Shown here: positions 30,792 through 40,283 of the stretch, piece after piece
Layout of the letters: each line of letters opens with the position of its first letter
How positions within the stretch are numbered: position 1 is the stretch's first letter
Virus record (IMG/VR): IMGVR_UViG_3300027374_000478
Location: 32,001 to 96,000 of that record
Length of the DNA stretch: 64,000 nucleotides
Reading direction: 5' to 3' (one strand)
Source of the DNA: a virus
Taxonomy: Duplodnaviria; Caudoviricetes
Notes under the pieces: model-generated
The model's database searches: none
What the model was told of the DNA's origin: nothing
The model's input: the letters and a program-made list of their open reading frames with translations, nothing else
Translations under genes and position numbers: made by a program

Positions 30792-31757
30792 CTATGGCTT
30801 CAGCCAGTTGCTTTCAGGCTTGGCAATTAATCTGGCATTGTTATATGCCATATCTAAAGTCAAACATGTATGCCCCTGATAATAGTTCCCTATTTTGGTA
30901 ACTGTTAATGCCAGTGAAGGAATTTCATCGTCTTCTAAACATAAAGGTAATAATAATTGTATCTTTCCTTCGTAATATTGTGGAATTGCCAATTTGTAAT
31001 TAGCCGATACTTTCTTTTTCATTGTTTCAATTGAACCATTAAGATTATTGAGAATGTTTTTGCCGTCTTTTAATTTCTCAGGTATTCTATCAAAATTATT
31101 AATATCTTTTAGAATATGTTTGTAATTTATATTTATTTCATAGTGCCAATCAAACAATAATAGTGACGGATCTTCAAAATAATTTGCTTTTGGTGGTCTT
31201 TCAGATATATTAATATTTCCCAATTCATAAGCAGTAAGAAACTGTAATCCATTTTTATCATTATACGCATATATTGGCTGGTAAAATTCAGTAAATAATC
31301 CTGTATTCAAAAGTGCATAATCCTTATTGATAATAATATTTTTTTCTGATGATAGTTTTCTATAAGTATGTGCCATATAATTTGTAAGGATTTTTTTATC
31401 AGGATATGTTACACTTGACCATTCTTCTTTAGCTGCTAATTCTGATAGCTCATTGGTATAATCATTCCAGTTTACATTAAAATATGACATATATTCAAAT
31501 CCTTTCGTGCTAAGAAATATTGAATTAAGCATATCACATTTCTCAGATTCATGAAACGGAAATGTTGGCAAATTATGTGTTTCTATATCATATGACTCAT
31601 ATTCAGGTAATTCTTGTGGGATATTTGCATCAAGTTCAGATTTTGCCTTGCTGTATGCCTCCTGATCTGAATGTGCTTTTACTAAATAAATATGATTATA
31701 TGGTTCATATTCATATAATGGTGTTGTAGGTATTAGATATAATTTTTGAACTGTCAT
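30792..31757 (-). CDS. DUF3825 domain protein
   Basis: NTGL...AIPQYYEGKIQLLLPLCL...TCLTLDMAYNNARLIAKPESNWL. Confidence 0.8.
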   Translation of the reverse strand: MTVQKLYLIPTTPLYEYEPYNHIYLVKAHSDQEAYSKAKSELDANIPQELPEYESYDIETHNLPTFPFHESEKCDMLNSIFLSTKGFEYMSYFNVNWNDYTNELSELAAKEEWSSVTYPDKKILTNYMAHTYRKLSSEKNIIINKDYALLNTGLFTEFYQPIYAYNDKNGLQFLTAYELGNINISERPPKANYFEDPSLLLFDWHYEININYKHILKDINNFDRIPEKLKDGKNILNNLNGSIETMKKKVSANYKLAIPQYYEGKIQLLLPLCLEDDEIPSLALTVTKIGNYYQGHTCLTLDMAYNNARLIAKPESNWLKP

Positions 31758-32360
31758 AATGTTGTCTCCTTTTAATTTTGTTTTGTAGTTATTTGATTAG
31801 TATTATGTTTATATATTCTCTTTTTTAAGGATGAAAACAAGAGTAATTTTATATGAGTTCGGTGAGAGGGTAGTTTTGATAGAGTTATAAAGTGTAAAAG
31901 GTATTGATTTTATTGGATATTTTAAGATTCTTAGATGATATTTTTTAAGAAAATTGAATAGTTGTTTTTCTATTTTAAATGTGATTTGGGTTTGGTTCGA
32001 GAATGTGTTGATTTTTTCAAGGAATTTTGAAGTTTTGTAAAGGTATTTAGGGATTTTAGAGAGTGATAAAATTGAGAAAAGCTAGGAAAATCAAGGGTCT
32101 ACCGAACACAGTACCGAACTGAATTTTAAGGTTGATGTGTGAGTTGAACACATATGTACAAACACACGTTCGTAATATTGATCTAAAATGTAAATGTACC
32201 CCCATATACAAACAAAAAACATATCATAATAGTATAGTATTATGGTATATTTACTGTCATTGTTATCGAATGTATGTTTTGTCTTTTGCAAAACAACTGG
32301 TATGTTTAATACGGCGAACTATACCATACCAGTTTTGTTCGGTTTGAACATTTAGTAAAT

Positions 32361-32456
32361 AATCCCCACTTTATCTAAAAAATAAATCAAAATAACGAAC
32401 ATAATCCCCACTTTTACACAAGAAAACAATTAAAAAATGGCACAATCACCCACTTT
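32361..32456 (+). repeat. three phased direct repeats AATC(A)CCCACTTT
   Basis: Copies at 32361, 32403, 32444 (41-42 bp period) in the non-coding strand-switch region. Confidence 0.65.
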
Positions 32457-32531
32457 GCCACAATACCAACGCCTTGCGTAGTTTTAATGATATTTTTAAA
32501 CTGGGAGGTTGTCCGGTTATTCAATAGGTTA

Positions 32532-32729
32532 CTAGCTCTGAATATATCCATCCCTTTCCAACTTTTCCACAATAGCGGTAGTAGTCCATTTATTCCGATT
32601 CATTCCACTATCAGCCATAGCTTTTTCCACAGCTTCATAAATTGACTTCTGATATTTTACAGTATACGCAACCATATTTTCTTTATCGTATTTATCATTA
32701 GCTTTCCTTTTTGCTTCATTGTATCCCAT
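32532..32729 (-). CDS. small ribbon-helix-helix-like DNA-binding protein
   Basis: AKRKANDKYDKENM..YTVK...AMADSGMNRNKW. Confidence 0.65.
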   Translation of the reverse strand: MGYNEAKRKANDKYDKENMVAYTVKYQKSIYEAVEKAMADSGMNRNKWTTTAIVEKLERDGYIQS

Positions 32730-32941
32730 CTATAATATACCTTCTACAAGCTCATATTTTCAATTTTAAGGCACGTTATACGTGTTTATATATAATCTAC
32801 CACATAACATTTATTCTGTCAATTTTGGGCATATTGCAACGTTATATTGCTATGATAATAATTGTACAATATACACAAAAACAAATAATTATTTTTGTAC
32901 AAAAATAAGCCTAAAATACACGTATTCCGTGCAAAAAGTTC

Positions 32942-32970
32942 TTGCATTTACCCGTATTACGTGCTATAAT
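32942..32970 (+). promoter_or_regulatory. sigma-A promoter
   Basis: TTGCAT-17-TATAAT with extended TG. Confidence 0.7.
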
Positions 32971-33062
32971 CTATATATAAGTTAAATATAAAATAAAACA
33001 TCAAAACAAAGAAGTATATAACAGCACACAAACACCACAACACAGAAAGGCAGGTACACAAT

Positions 33063-33236
33063 ATGAGCAAGCACACAATCACAATGAAAGAGATTCAGAA
33101 CATGATCAATAACGGTATTACAACATTTTCTAAAAAAGATGATAGTCCAAGAGGTTGTAAGACTGTAGCAGCAACTGAAATTCAAATAGGCGACAAAGTT
33201 GTAATTGACAACTACTTTACGCTTATTACTGAATAA
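33063..33236 (+). CDS. small hypothetical early protein (57 aa)
   Basis: MSKHTITMKEIQNM...; follows the promoter; stop abuts the hammerhead. Confidence 0.65.
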   Translation: MSKHTITMKEIQNMINNGITTFSKKDDSPRGCKTVAATEIQIGDKVVIDNYFTLITE

Positions 33237-33295
33237 ATCCCCTGATGAGCAACGGTGAGAGCCGGCGAAACTACCCAAACAAGGGTAGTCGGGAT
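33237..33295 (+). ncRNA. type I hammerhead ribozyme
   Basis: ATCCC-CTGATGA-GC..CGG/CCG..GC-GAAA-CTACCC/GGGTAG-TC-GGGAT; cleavage after C33290. Confidence 0.93.
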
Positions 33296-33425
33296 AATAA
33301 CACGATCCTACATAAGTACCAAACAGCACATTGATAATTAAATAGACTTTATACCTGAGTTGTGATATACTATATATATATTATAGCAATTAAGTACAAG
33401 TCATTGTTTGAAAGTAGGTGATCAT

Positions 33426-33566
33426 ATGGGTATGACGAATAAGCAATTCCAAGGCTTTATAAGACTTGCTTTAGAGTTACTTGAAAAAGCATTACAAAAA
33501 TCTCCAGATAATGAAGAACTAAAAAAAGTAAGAGACATTTTTCAATCAATGTTAGAAGACGATTAA
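33426..33566 (+). CDS. small hypothetical protein (46 aa)
   Basis: MGMTNKQFQGFIRLALELL...; AGGTGA SD. Confidence 0.6.
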   Translation: MGMTNKQFQGFIRLALELLEKALQKSPDNEELKKVRDIFQSMLEDD

Positions 33567-33699
33567 TTATTATCACAATTCACAATTCACGGTGTAAAGT
33601 CTATTAAATTATTAAGGCTTTACACCTTTTTAATATAGAAATAATCTGATATAATGAAATAATCAATATCAGCATATCAGGTTATAGGAAGGTGGACAC

Positions 33700-33912
33700 A
33701 TGGCAATAAGAACCAATAAAGAGTTATCACAGGCAATAGACGATTTAATTTTAAACTCTGGTATTAAAAAAACTTTTATATCTGAAAAGTTGGGTATAAG
33801 TCGGCAAGCACTAGATAACATGATGACAAAAAAGCATTTTTCTATTGATGATGCTAACAAAATCCTTAATATTATAGGATATGAAACAGAAACAAATATT
33901 AAAAAAAGTTGA
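33700..33912 (+). CDS. Cro/XRE-like HTH regulator
   Basis: IKKTFISEKLGISRQALDNM...FSIDDANKILNIIGY. Confidence 0.8.
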   Translation: MAIRTNKELSQAIDDLILNSGIKKTFISEKLGISRQALDNMMTKKHFSIDDANKILNIIGYETETNIKKS

Positions 33913-33931
33913 AAAAAATCATTAAAAACAG

Positions 33932-33960
33932 TTGACAAGTAAAGGCAAATAGTCTATAAT
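33932..33960 (+). promoter_or_regulatory. consensus sigma-A promoter
   Basis: TTGACA-17-TATAAT with A-rich UP element. Confidence 0.88.
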
Positions 33961-33965
33961 AATAC

Positions 33966-35456
33966 TTGTAAGGAACGCAAGGGAATATAAATCGGTATCA
34001 CGGCAGCATCAATAAGACCTGATACATTCTCAACATGGCAGTGTCAATAAGTCCAGGAGCGATAAAAGAAAAATCCCAGTTCCAAACGAAACTGGGAAAT
34101 TTCAAGAAAAGTGTATAAAACACTTCATCCTCAACAAATGAAGTATAACACAATTCTTGACAATCTGTCAATCGGCAGAAATTTCCCAAAACAAAGTAAC
34201 TATTAACGTCCTGTAAAGTGGAGTGCTAACAGGATCGTAACCAAGGCAAAGTAACAAGAGATTGCAAACGAGGTTAGAGAAAAGATAATTGATTCATTAA
34301 ATTTCCGCAACCTAACGGGGAAACGTGACAGATAGCAGCGTCAAAATGCTATCCGTGTTAACTGGACACGCTGACTACATCGGGGACGTGATAGTTCATA
34401 TCATATCAGACGTAGCAGGGAATACCATCCCAAACCAGAAAATCTATGAATATGTGTGAATGCGAGTAGGCAGAAACAAGAGTTTTGCGGTGACTGATTC
34501 TGAAACCGTGACCTGTGGGGTGTGGTAGCCGTAACGGGAACGAGAGACAATCTACTATAATATAGATAGCTCTTTTGATGATAATTTATCGCTGTAGAGG
34601 ATGGACAGGAAGAAAACACAAAACGATAGACTATATTATTTACAAGCGTTCACAAAAATAAATCCTTGTAAATATCATTGGTGGTTGTAAACCGTGGTTA
34701 TGGAAGGCTGAGAAATACGTCTTCCAACCGCTGACAAGCGGTATATAAATATACATAAGAAATCTTTAGAGAGTGTCAAGCAATAACGACACTCTCTTCA
34801 TTATTAAAAGCGGTCAACTGCTTTTCAAAAAGGAATGTGATGTTCAAGCGAGAAGGAAAAGAGAAATAAGTATTACATCCTGTGAGGGCTGCCCATGTGG
34901 TCATAAGTGCATATACCAGGCGCAAGGAAAAGTGATAACCCGTGACACAAGCTTTTTCATGTTTGAAAGATTGCACGTATAAAGAAGGAAGTAAAAATGT
35001 GACGCAAGATAAGGGCGTTAAACTTTCAATCGCTCAAGATCGGCAATGCGATCAATAAATTGTGCCGGCATCGGGAGCCTGTATATCTCCCGTAAAAAAC
35101 AGATTATACACGTTATGCAATGAGAACGAATCTTATAGGCTGGAATAGTCAGACGGTGCGGAAATCTAAGGAAAGTACGGTAAAAACTAACCAGGATAAA
35201 AATAAAAACCGTGTGCGTGTCCGTAAAGCGCATTTGCATAGATAAAAATATCTATAAAAGTTTGATAGCAAATAGAAACGGCGTCACAGGTTAGGGCTTA
35301 AGCTACTATGGCGGAGATAATTACACATAATTTTATTATTTACCATACCCATAAAAACAGAATCAAACATGAAGACGGCTCACAGAGTAAGAATTGATTG
35401 AGTGAACAAGTCGGGATCAATAAGTCAATCACCGCTTAAAAGGTGCTTAGTCTACA
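33966..35456 (+). ncRNA. candidate giant (~1.5 kb) structured non-coding RNA or leader
   Basis: No SD-led ORF; many hairpins plus nested long-range helices 34466-71/35450-55, 34487-99/35423-35, 34998-35005/35281-88. Confidence 0.7.
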
Positions 35457-35521
35457 TCATTGAAAAGTCTCTTTTGTGGGCATGGATAAGTAATAAAAAA
35501 AGAATATAGAATTGTGGAGGT

Positions 35522-35875
35522 ATGACAATGAAAAATTTAATTGTAAAAGGCGAATACAATCCAGAAGTAAAAACGATGTATTATTACATTGAACCTGTAA
35601 CAGTTCATAAGTTGACAGCAACAACAGAAGAAAATAACAAAGCAACCTTAAAGGATTTTTATACAGCCGTTGAATGGTTGTTAAGTCGTGGATATGATGA
35701 ATATCACGAAGAATACAGTAACACCATAAATCCAGCACAACAAAATATATTTACTGCTTTGCGGTCTTATAGAGTAATACGGAATGGACACTACAAGTCA
35801 GTAAAGATTTTTCAAAGGGCTTTTGGAGGTTGTGTTATATCTGAATGCAACTTGCAGAATGAAACAAGCATGTAA
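35522..35875 (+). CDS. hypothetical early protein
   Basis: GGAGG SD; bounded by palindromes 35461/35880. Confidence 0.7.
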   Translation: MTMKNLIVKGEYNPEVKTMYYYIEPVTVHKLTATTEENNKATLKDFYTAVEWLLSRGYDEYHEEYSNTINPAQQNIFTALRSYRVIRNGHYKSVKIFQRAFGGCVISECNLQNETSM

Positions 35876-35902
35876 TCAATAAAACAATTATTTGAAAGGA
35901 AA

Positions 35903-36145
35903 ATGGTCATGAATAAAGCTATTGAAAAAATTAATAAATTCCTCAAAGCAACAACTAAAACGTTGGAATTGCGCTTTGATGATGGAATGTTTTTGCAACT
36001 TAAGAAACATGTCAAAAATGGAAAACATTTTCTTGAAGTCCATACATCCGGATATGATGGAACGTTTGAAATCACAGAAGCATTAGAGTGGATTAATTGG
36101 ACACTGTATGATTACTCGGCTAATGGATTTTTAAGAAATTTTTAA
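35903..36145 (+). CDS. hypothetical early protein
   Basis: Bounded by palindromes 35880/36149. Confidence 0.7.
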   Translation: MVMNKAIEKINKFLKATTKTLELRFDDGMFLQLKKHVKNGKHFLEVHTSGYDGTFEITEALEWINWTLYDYSANGFLRNF

Positions 36146-36164
36146 CAATAAAAGGGATATTTAA

Positions 36165-36194
36165 AGGCAGATGGAAAATAAAACCGTCTGCCTT
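36165..36194 (+). terminator. hairpin AGGCAGATGG/CCGTCTGCCT
   Basis: Inverted repeat immediately upstream of the twister. Confidence 0.45.
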
Positions 36195-36195
36195 G

Positions 36196-36270
36196 CTTGT
36201 TATAATGCAGCCTGAAAGCCTGATCAACTTTCAGACAGTCCCAAGCCTGTAAAATGCAGAGGGTAACAAG
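36196..36270 (+). ncRNA. twister ribozyme (type P1)
   Basis: P1 CTTGTTA/TAACAAG; TAA-TGCA-GC; P3 CTGAAAG/CTTTCAG; CAG-TCCCAAGC-CTG; TGCA-GAGGG; cleavage T36203/A36204. Confidence 0.92.
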
Positions 36271-36321
36271 AAATTAACAGAGAAATAGTTATTGATACAT
36301 AGATAATCAAAGAAAGGTTAA

Positions 36322-38007
36322 ATGGTGGAAATTATGTCAAATTACTATGATTACAGAGAAGTAAAGGTTATGATCGCTCACAAACTTATGTCCATGGAAG
36401 GTTGGAAAGTGTATGGATATACACCAGATGAAAGTGACAGCATGACAGATTATTGGAGTCCGGCACATTGGGATGGAGTAGCAGAAAAGAATGGTTATAT
36501 CTTATGCGTGGATGTTTACGGCGCAGCAGAACCGCAGGAAATCAGAAAATATAATTACTCTGGTTTTACATATGATCGCAGCATAGCGGAAAAAATCAAA
36601 AAGTTGGAAGCTATGACCGTTGAACGTGGAGCATCGGAAGCAGAAGAAGCAAGCGCAAAATTATCTATTGAACGTTTGCAGAAAAAAGCAGAAGAAACAA
36701 CGGAAAACGCAAGTAAATATATTGTTGTTGGTACAGTTCCCGGACATATGGCACACCCTCCAAAAATGAATTGGCATATTGAAAAAGATGGGATCATTAT
36801 TGCAAAGGGTAACGGCATTTTGAAATTTGCCCATATCTGGAAATATTACAATTATAACCGTGATATGGAATGGTTGAACGAATATAAGAAGGACAAAAAA
36901 GCATATGCCGATAAGCACACACAAGACCTTGTAAACCGTGGATATTATGACAGTGAGGAAGACGCAAGAAAGAATACAGAAAGACATATTGAGGATTTAG
37001 AGGAAGATATCAAGCTGATAGATAAGTTTGAGACATTCATCAATAAAATTGATACTACTTGTGGCGGTTTAATTGGAGAAGGTGACGGAACTGTATATGA
37101 AAAAGTAACCGTTACAGAATACAAAAAAGAAAATAAAGTTGTAGAAGATACGACTGGAAGCATTAAAGAGGGACAGCTTTTCATTCTGAAATCTAATTTC
37201 AATTATGGATGTTATAAAGGGCTTGTATATCGTATCCATGAAACAGAGAGAAACGGACAGAAACATTTTCATGCTTATAAACTAAATGGAAAACTTACAA
37301 AGGAATGTACAGGAAACGCAAGCCGTAATAACTATTGGTTTGTTGGTAGTGGTGATTCTGAATGCCTCACAAAATGGATTGAAAAGGGTTCTATTGCATG
37401 GTGTCATATTGAAGAGGTAAAAACGCCATATGAGGTGGAAAAGGTTGTAAAAAAGACTATTAAAGCAGAAAAGAAAAATACGACATCTACCACAACGGAA
37501 ACGGCACAGACAGAGGAAACAGACGTAAACGCCTATGCATATGAAGTATCAGAAGACACGGACACACGTACAGGAGAAAAAATATATCTTGTGAAGGTTG
37601 CGGAAAAATTGAGCCGTGAAGAGTATATAACCGTAAACAAGTATATTAAATCTTTGGGCGGATATTACTCAAAATTTAAACATGCGTTTTTATTCAAGGA
37701 AAATCCATCAGAGAAGTTGAACGTAATTATAGCGGAAACAACACAGACGGCAGAACCGGCACAGGAAGCACAAAGCACAAAGGAAGAACCAGAAGCGAAA
37801 AAAACAAGTATTTCCTATACAATTACAGAGGATCAGCACACGCAAACACACGCGAAAATCTGGATTGTGAAGCCTGAAAAGGAATTAAACAAGTCAGACT
37901 TTGCGGAGGTTAAGCGGAAACTTGCAACGCTACAAGGCTATTATAGCAGTTTTAAACGTGGTTTTATTTTTAAATATGATCCAACGGAAGCATTACAAAC
38001 AGGATAA
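36322..38007 (+). CDS. multidomain early protein (DUF2786-like motif plus duplicated C-terminal domain)
   Basis: KIKKLEAM..RGASEAEEASA; two copies of Y.(V/I).ED..T.T..KI..VK....L....F/Y..V......L.GYYS.FK..F.FK..P. Confidence 0.7.
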   Translation: MVEIMSNYYDYREVKVMIAHKLMSMEGWKVYGYTPDESDSMTDYWSPAHWDGVAEKNGYILCVDVYGAAEPQEIRKYNYSGFTYDRSIAEKIKKLEAMTVERGASEAEEASAKLSIERLQKKAEETTENASKYIVVGTVPGHMAHPPKMNWHIEKDGIIIAKGNGILKFAHIWKYYNYNRDMEWLNEYKKDKKAYADKHTQDLVNRGYYDSEEDARKNTERHIEDLEEDIKLIDKFETFINKIDTTCGGLIGEGDGTVYEKVTVTEYKKENKVVEDTTGSIKEGQLFILKSNFNYGCYKGLVYRIHETERNGQKHFHAYKLNGKLTKECTGNASRNNYWFVGSGDSECLTKWIEKGSIAWCHIEEVKTPYEVEKVVKKTIKAEKKNTTSTTTETAQTEETDVNAYAYEVSEDTDTRTGEKIYLVKVAEKLSREEYITVNKYIKSLGGYYSKFKHAFLFKENPSEKLNVIIAETTQTAEPAQEAQSTKEEPEAKKTSISYTITEDQHTQTHAKIWIVKPEKELNKSDFAEVKRKLATLQGYYSSFKRGFIFKYDPTEALQTG

Positions 38008-38040
38008 TATAAAGACGGTTGAAATATACCGCCTTATAAA

Positions 38041-39690
38041 ATGGAGGAAATGATAATGTTACCAAAAGAGTTTTATCCTACACCACAAAATATTATTGAC
38101 AAGATGCTTTTTGATTTAGATTTTACAATGATAAAAAGTATTTTGGAACCATCGGCGGGTAAGGGAGATATAGTTGAGGCATTAAAGAAGAAAGAAGGAA
38201 ACCATAATAAATATTATGGCAAACAATACTATCAGTTTGATATTGATTGTATAGAAGCTGATCAGAATCTGCAGCATATTCTTAAAGGGAAAAATTTCCG
38301 TGTTGTTTATAATGATTTTCTTACATATAACACGATGAAGGAATACGATCTAATTATTATGAATCCGCCTTTTTCTAACGGTTGCAAACATCTTTTAAAG
38401 GCTTTAGAAATGCAACAAAGAAATGGCGGTGCGGTTGTGTGTCTTCTCAATGCGGAAACTTTAAAAAATCTATGTACAAATGATAGGCAGTATTTACAGC
38501 GTAAACTCACAGAATATAACGCAAAAATTGAGTTTATACAAAATGCTTTTCTGGATGCGGAACGGAAAACGGCGGTTGAAATTGCGCTTGTAAAGGTTCA
38601 GCTTCCAGAGGTGCAAAGAGAATCTTTTATATTGGAAGGATTAAGAGAAGCAAAAGATCAAAAAGAATTTCAGGCAGAGGAAAGCACAAAACTAATTGAT
38701 AGTGATTTTTTCAAGGCTATTGTAAAACAATATCAGTTAGAAGTGGAAGCAGGAATAAAATTGATTAAAGAATATTATGCAATGCAGCCGTTTATTTTGT
38801 CACAGTTTGGAAAAGACGAAAAGACAGGGGAAACGATACAAAAAGGCGGCTGTATTATCTCCATGACTTGTAGTAAAAATGGGCTTTCTGTTAATGAATA
38901 TATAAAAATGGTGCGGAGTAAATATTGGAATGCACTTTTTGAAAATAAAAGATTTATAGGGCAGCTTACAAATAATCTGCAAAGAGATTTTTATAATAAA
39001 GTGGAAGAATTAAGTAACTATGATTTTTCACTTTATAATATCTACCAGTTAAAAATTGATATACAGAAAAAAGTTGTTAAAGGAATAGAGGATACCATAA
39101 TAGATCTTTTTGATGAATTAAGTTATAAATACCATTGGCTTGATGAAACGTCAAAAAACATTCACTATTACAATGGATGGAAAACAAACAAGGGATGGAT
39201 AATCAATAAAAAAGTGATTATTCCTTTAAATGGTTTTTATGACCTTAATTATTCATGGGGAGGATTCAGACCGTCAAGGCATGATGTTGTAAGTAAATTA
39301 CAGGATATAGAAAAATGTTTTAACTATCTTGATGGAGGGCTAACAGAAGCGGTTGATCTGGAAGAATCCCTAAAGTTTGCAGAGGAATACGGAGAGACAA
39401 AGAATATACAGTTAAAGTATTTTACTGTCACATTCTACAAAAAAGGTACATGTCATATTGTATTTAACAATGACGAGTTACTGAAAAAATTTAATATATT
39501 TGGTTCTCAGCACAAAGGATGGTTGCCACCTTCCTACGGAAAGAAGGATTATAAAGATATGACAGCAGAAGAAAAAGCAGTTGTAAATGAGTTTGAAGGA
39601 GAAAAAGAGTATAGCAAAGTTATTTCTAATAAAGAGTATTACTTGTTTGATGGAAATAATCTGAATTTACTGGAAGAGAAAACGGCATAA
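38041..39690 (+). CDS. DNA adenine methyltransferase with DUF4942 domain
   Basis: EFYPTP, ILEPSAGKG, IIMNPPF; C-terminal YF.VTFYKKGTCHI.F. Confidence 0.88.
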   Translation: MEEMIMLPKEFYPTPQNIIDKMLFDLDFTMIKSILEPSAGKGDIVEALKKKEGNHNKYYGKQYYQFDIDCIEADQNLQHILKGKNFRVVYNDFLTYNTMKEYDLIIMNPPFSNGCKHLLKALEMQQRNGGAVVCLLNAETLKNLCTNDRQYLQRKLTEYNAKIEFIQNAFLDAERKTAVEIALVKVQLPEVQRESFILEGLREAKDQKEFQAEESTKLIDSDFFKAIVKQYQLEVEAGIKLIKEYYAMQPFILSQFGKDEKTGETIQKGGCIISMTCSKNGLSVNEYIKMVRSKYWNALFENKRFIGQLTNNLQRDFYNKVEELSNYDFSLYNIYQLKIDIQKKVVKGIEDTIIDLFDELSYKYHWLDETSKNIHYYNGWKTNKGWIINKKVIIPLNGFYDLNYSWGGFRPSRHDVVSKLQDIEKCFNYLDGGLTEAVDLEESLKFAEEYGETKNIQLKYFTVTFYKKGTCHIVFNNDELLKKFNIFGSQHKGWLPPSYGKKDYKDMTAEEKAVVNEFEGEKEYSKVISNKEYYLFDGNNLNLLEEKTA

Positions 39691-39914
39691 AGCCGATGAA
39701 ATTGTAATTTGAAAGGAGGACAACATGATTAATTTAAAGAAAGGTGTAAACCTTAAAAAACGTAAAAGGAATAATTGTACTTACACTTGTAAAATAAGCA
39801 CAAAAAAACTAATCAAATAATTTGTATGTAGTTAGAACGGCTATAGAGAATATAAGACTATAGCCGTTTTATAGTGCTTACAAAAAAGATAAATAAAAGG
39901 TAGGAGGTTGAAAA

Positions 39915-40091
39915 ATGCAGAATAATATAGTTGCAGAATATGATTATTATACCTTGGATCAGGCAAGAAAAATTATACTTGCAGAAGAAAGGCAAAAGAA
40001 AAATGAAATAGTAGAATGTTATCTTGCTGGTGCTGCAATGTTTCTAATGCCGATTTTAATGTTTTTGCATTGGCTGATAGTTGGATATTAA
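39915..40091 (+). CDS. small membrane protein (58 aa)
   Basis: GGAGG SD; C-terminal TM helix ending HWLIVGY. Confidence 0.6.
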   Translation: MQNNIVAEYDYYTLDQARKIILAEERQKKNEIVECYLAGAAMFLMPILMFLHWLIVGY

Positions 40092-40104
40092 GGGAGGTTA
40101 TGGT

Positions 40105-40257
40105 ATGATAACTAATATATGGTGTTCTTGGAAAGAATTTGATGAATACGAGCTAGATAAGAAATACAAACTTGTAGATTGTGGAATGAGCAAAAAACAC
40201 TTAGGCTATAAGTTGCTGCGAGATATGGAGAGAAATATCAATGTATACGTAAGATAA
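40105..40257 (+). CDS. small hypothetical protein (50 aa)
   Basis: GGAGG SD; its TAA is the first 3 nt of palindrome 40255. Confidence 0.6.
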   Translation: MITNIWCSWKEFDEYELDKKYKLVDCGMSKKHLGYKLLRDMERNINVYVR

Positions 40258-40283
40258 ATCGTGTATTTCATTGGACAAATAAA

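Noticed and set aside
33998-35239. Short ORFs in the track within the 34-35.4 kb region
   Set aside because: No SD sequences, atypical composition and overlap on both strands; better explained by structured RNA.
33966-35456. ORF-less group II or group I intron as the explanation for the long structured region
   Set aside because: No recognisable domain V and 3' terminus, no P7 R/S pair, and no interrupted gene on the flanks.
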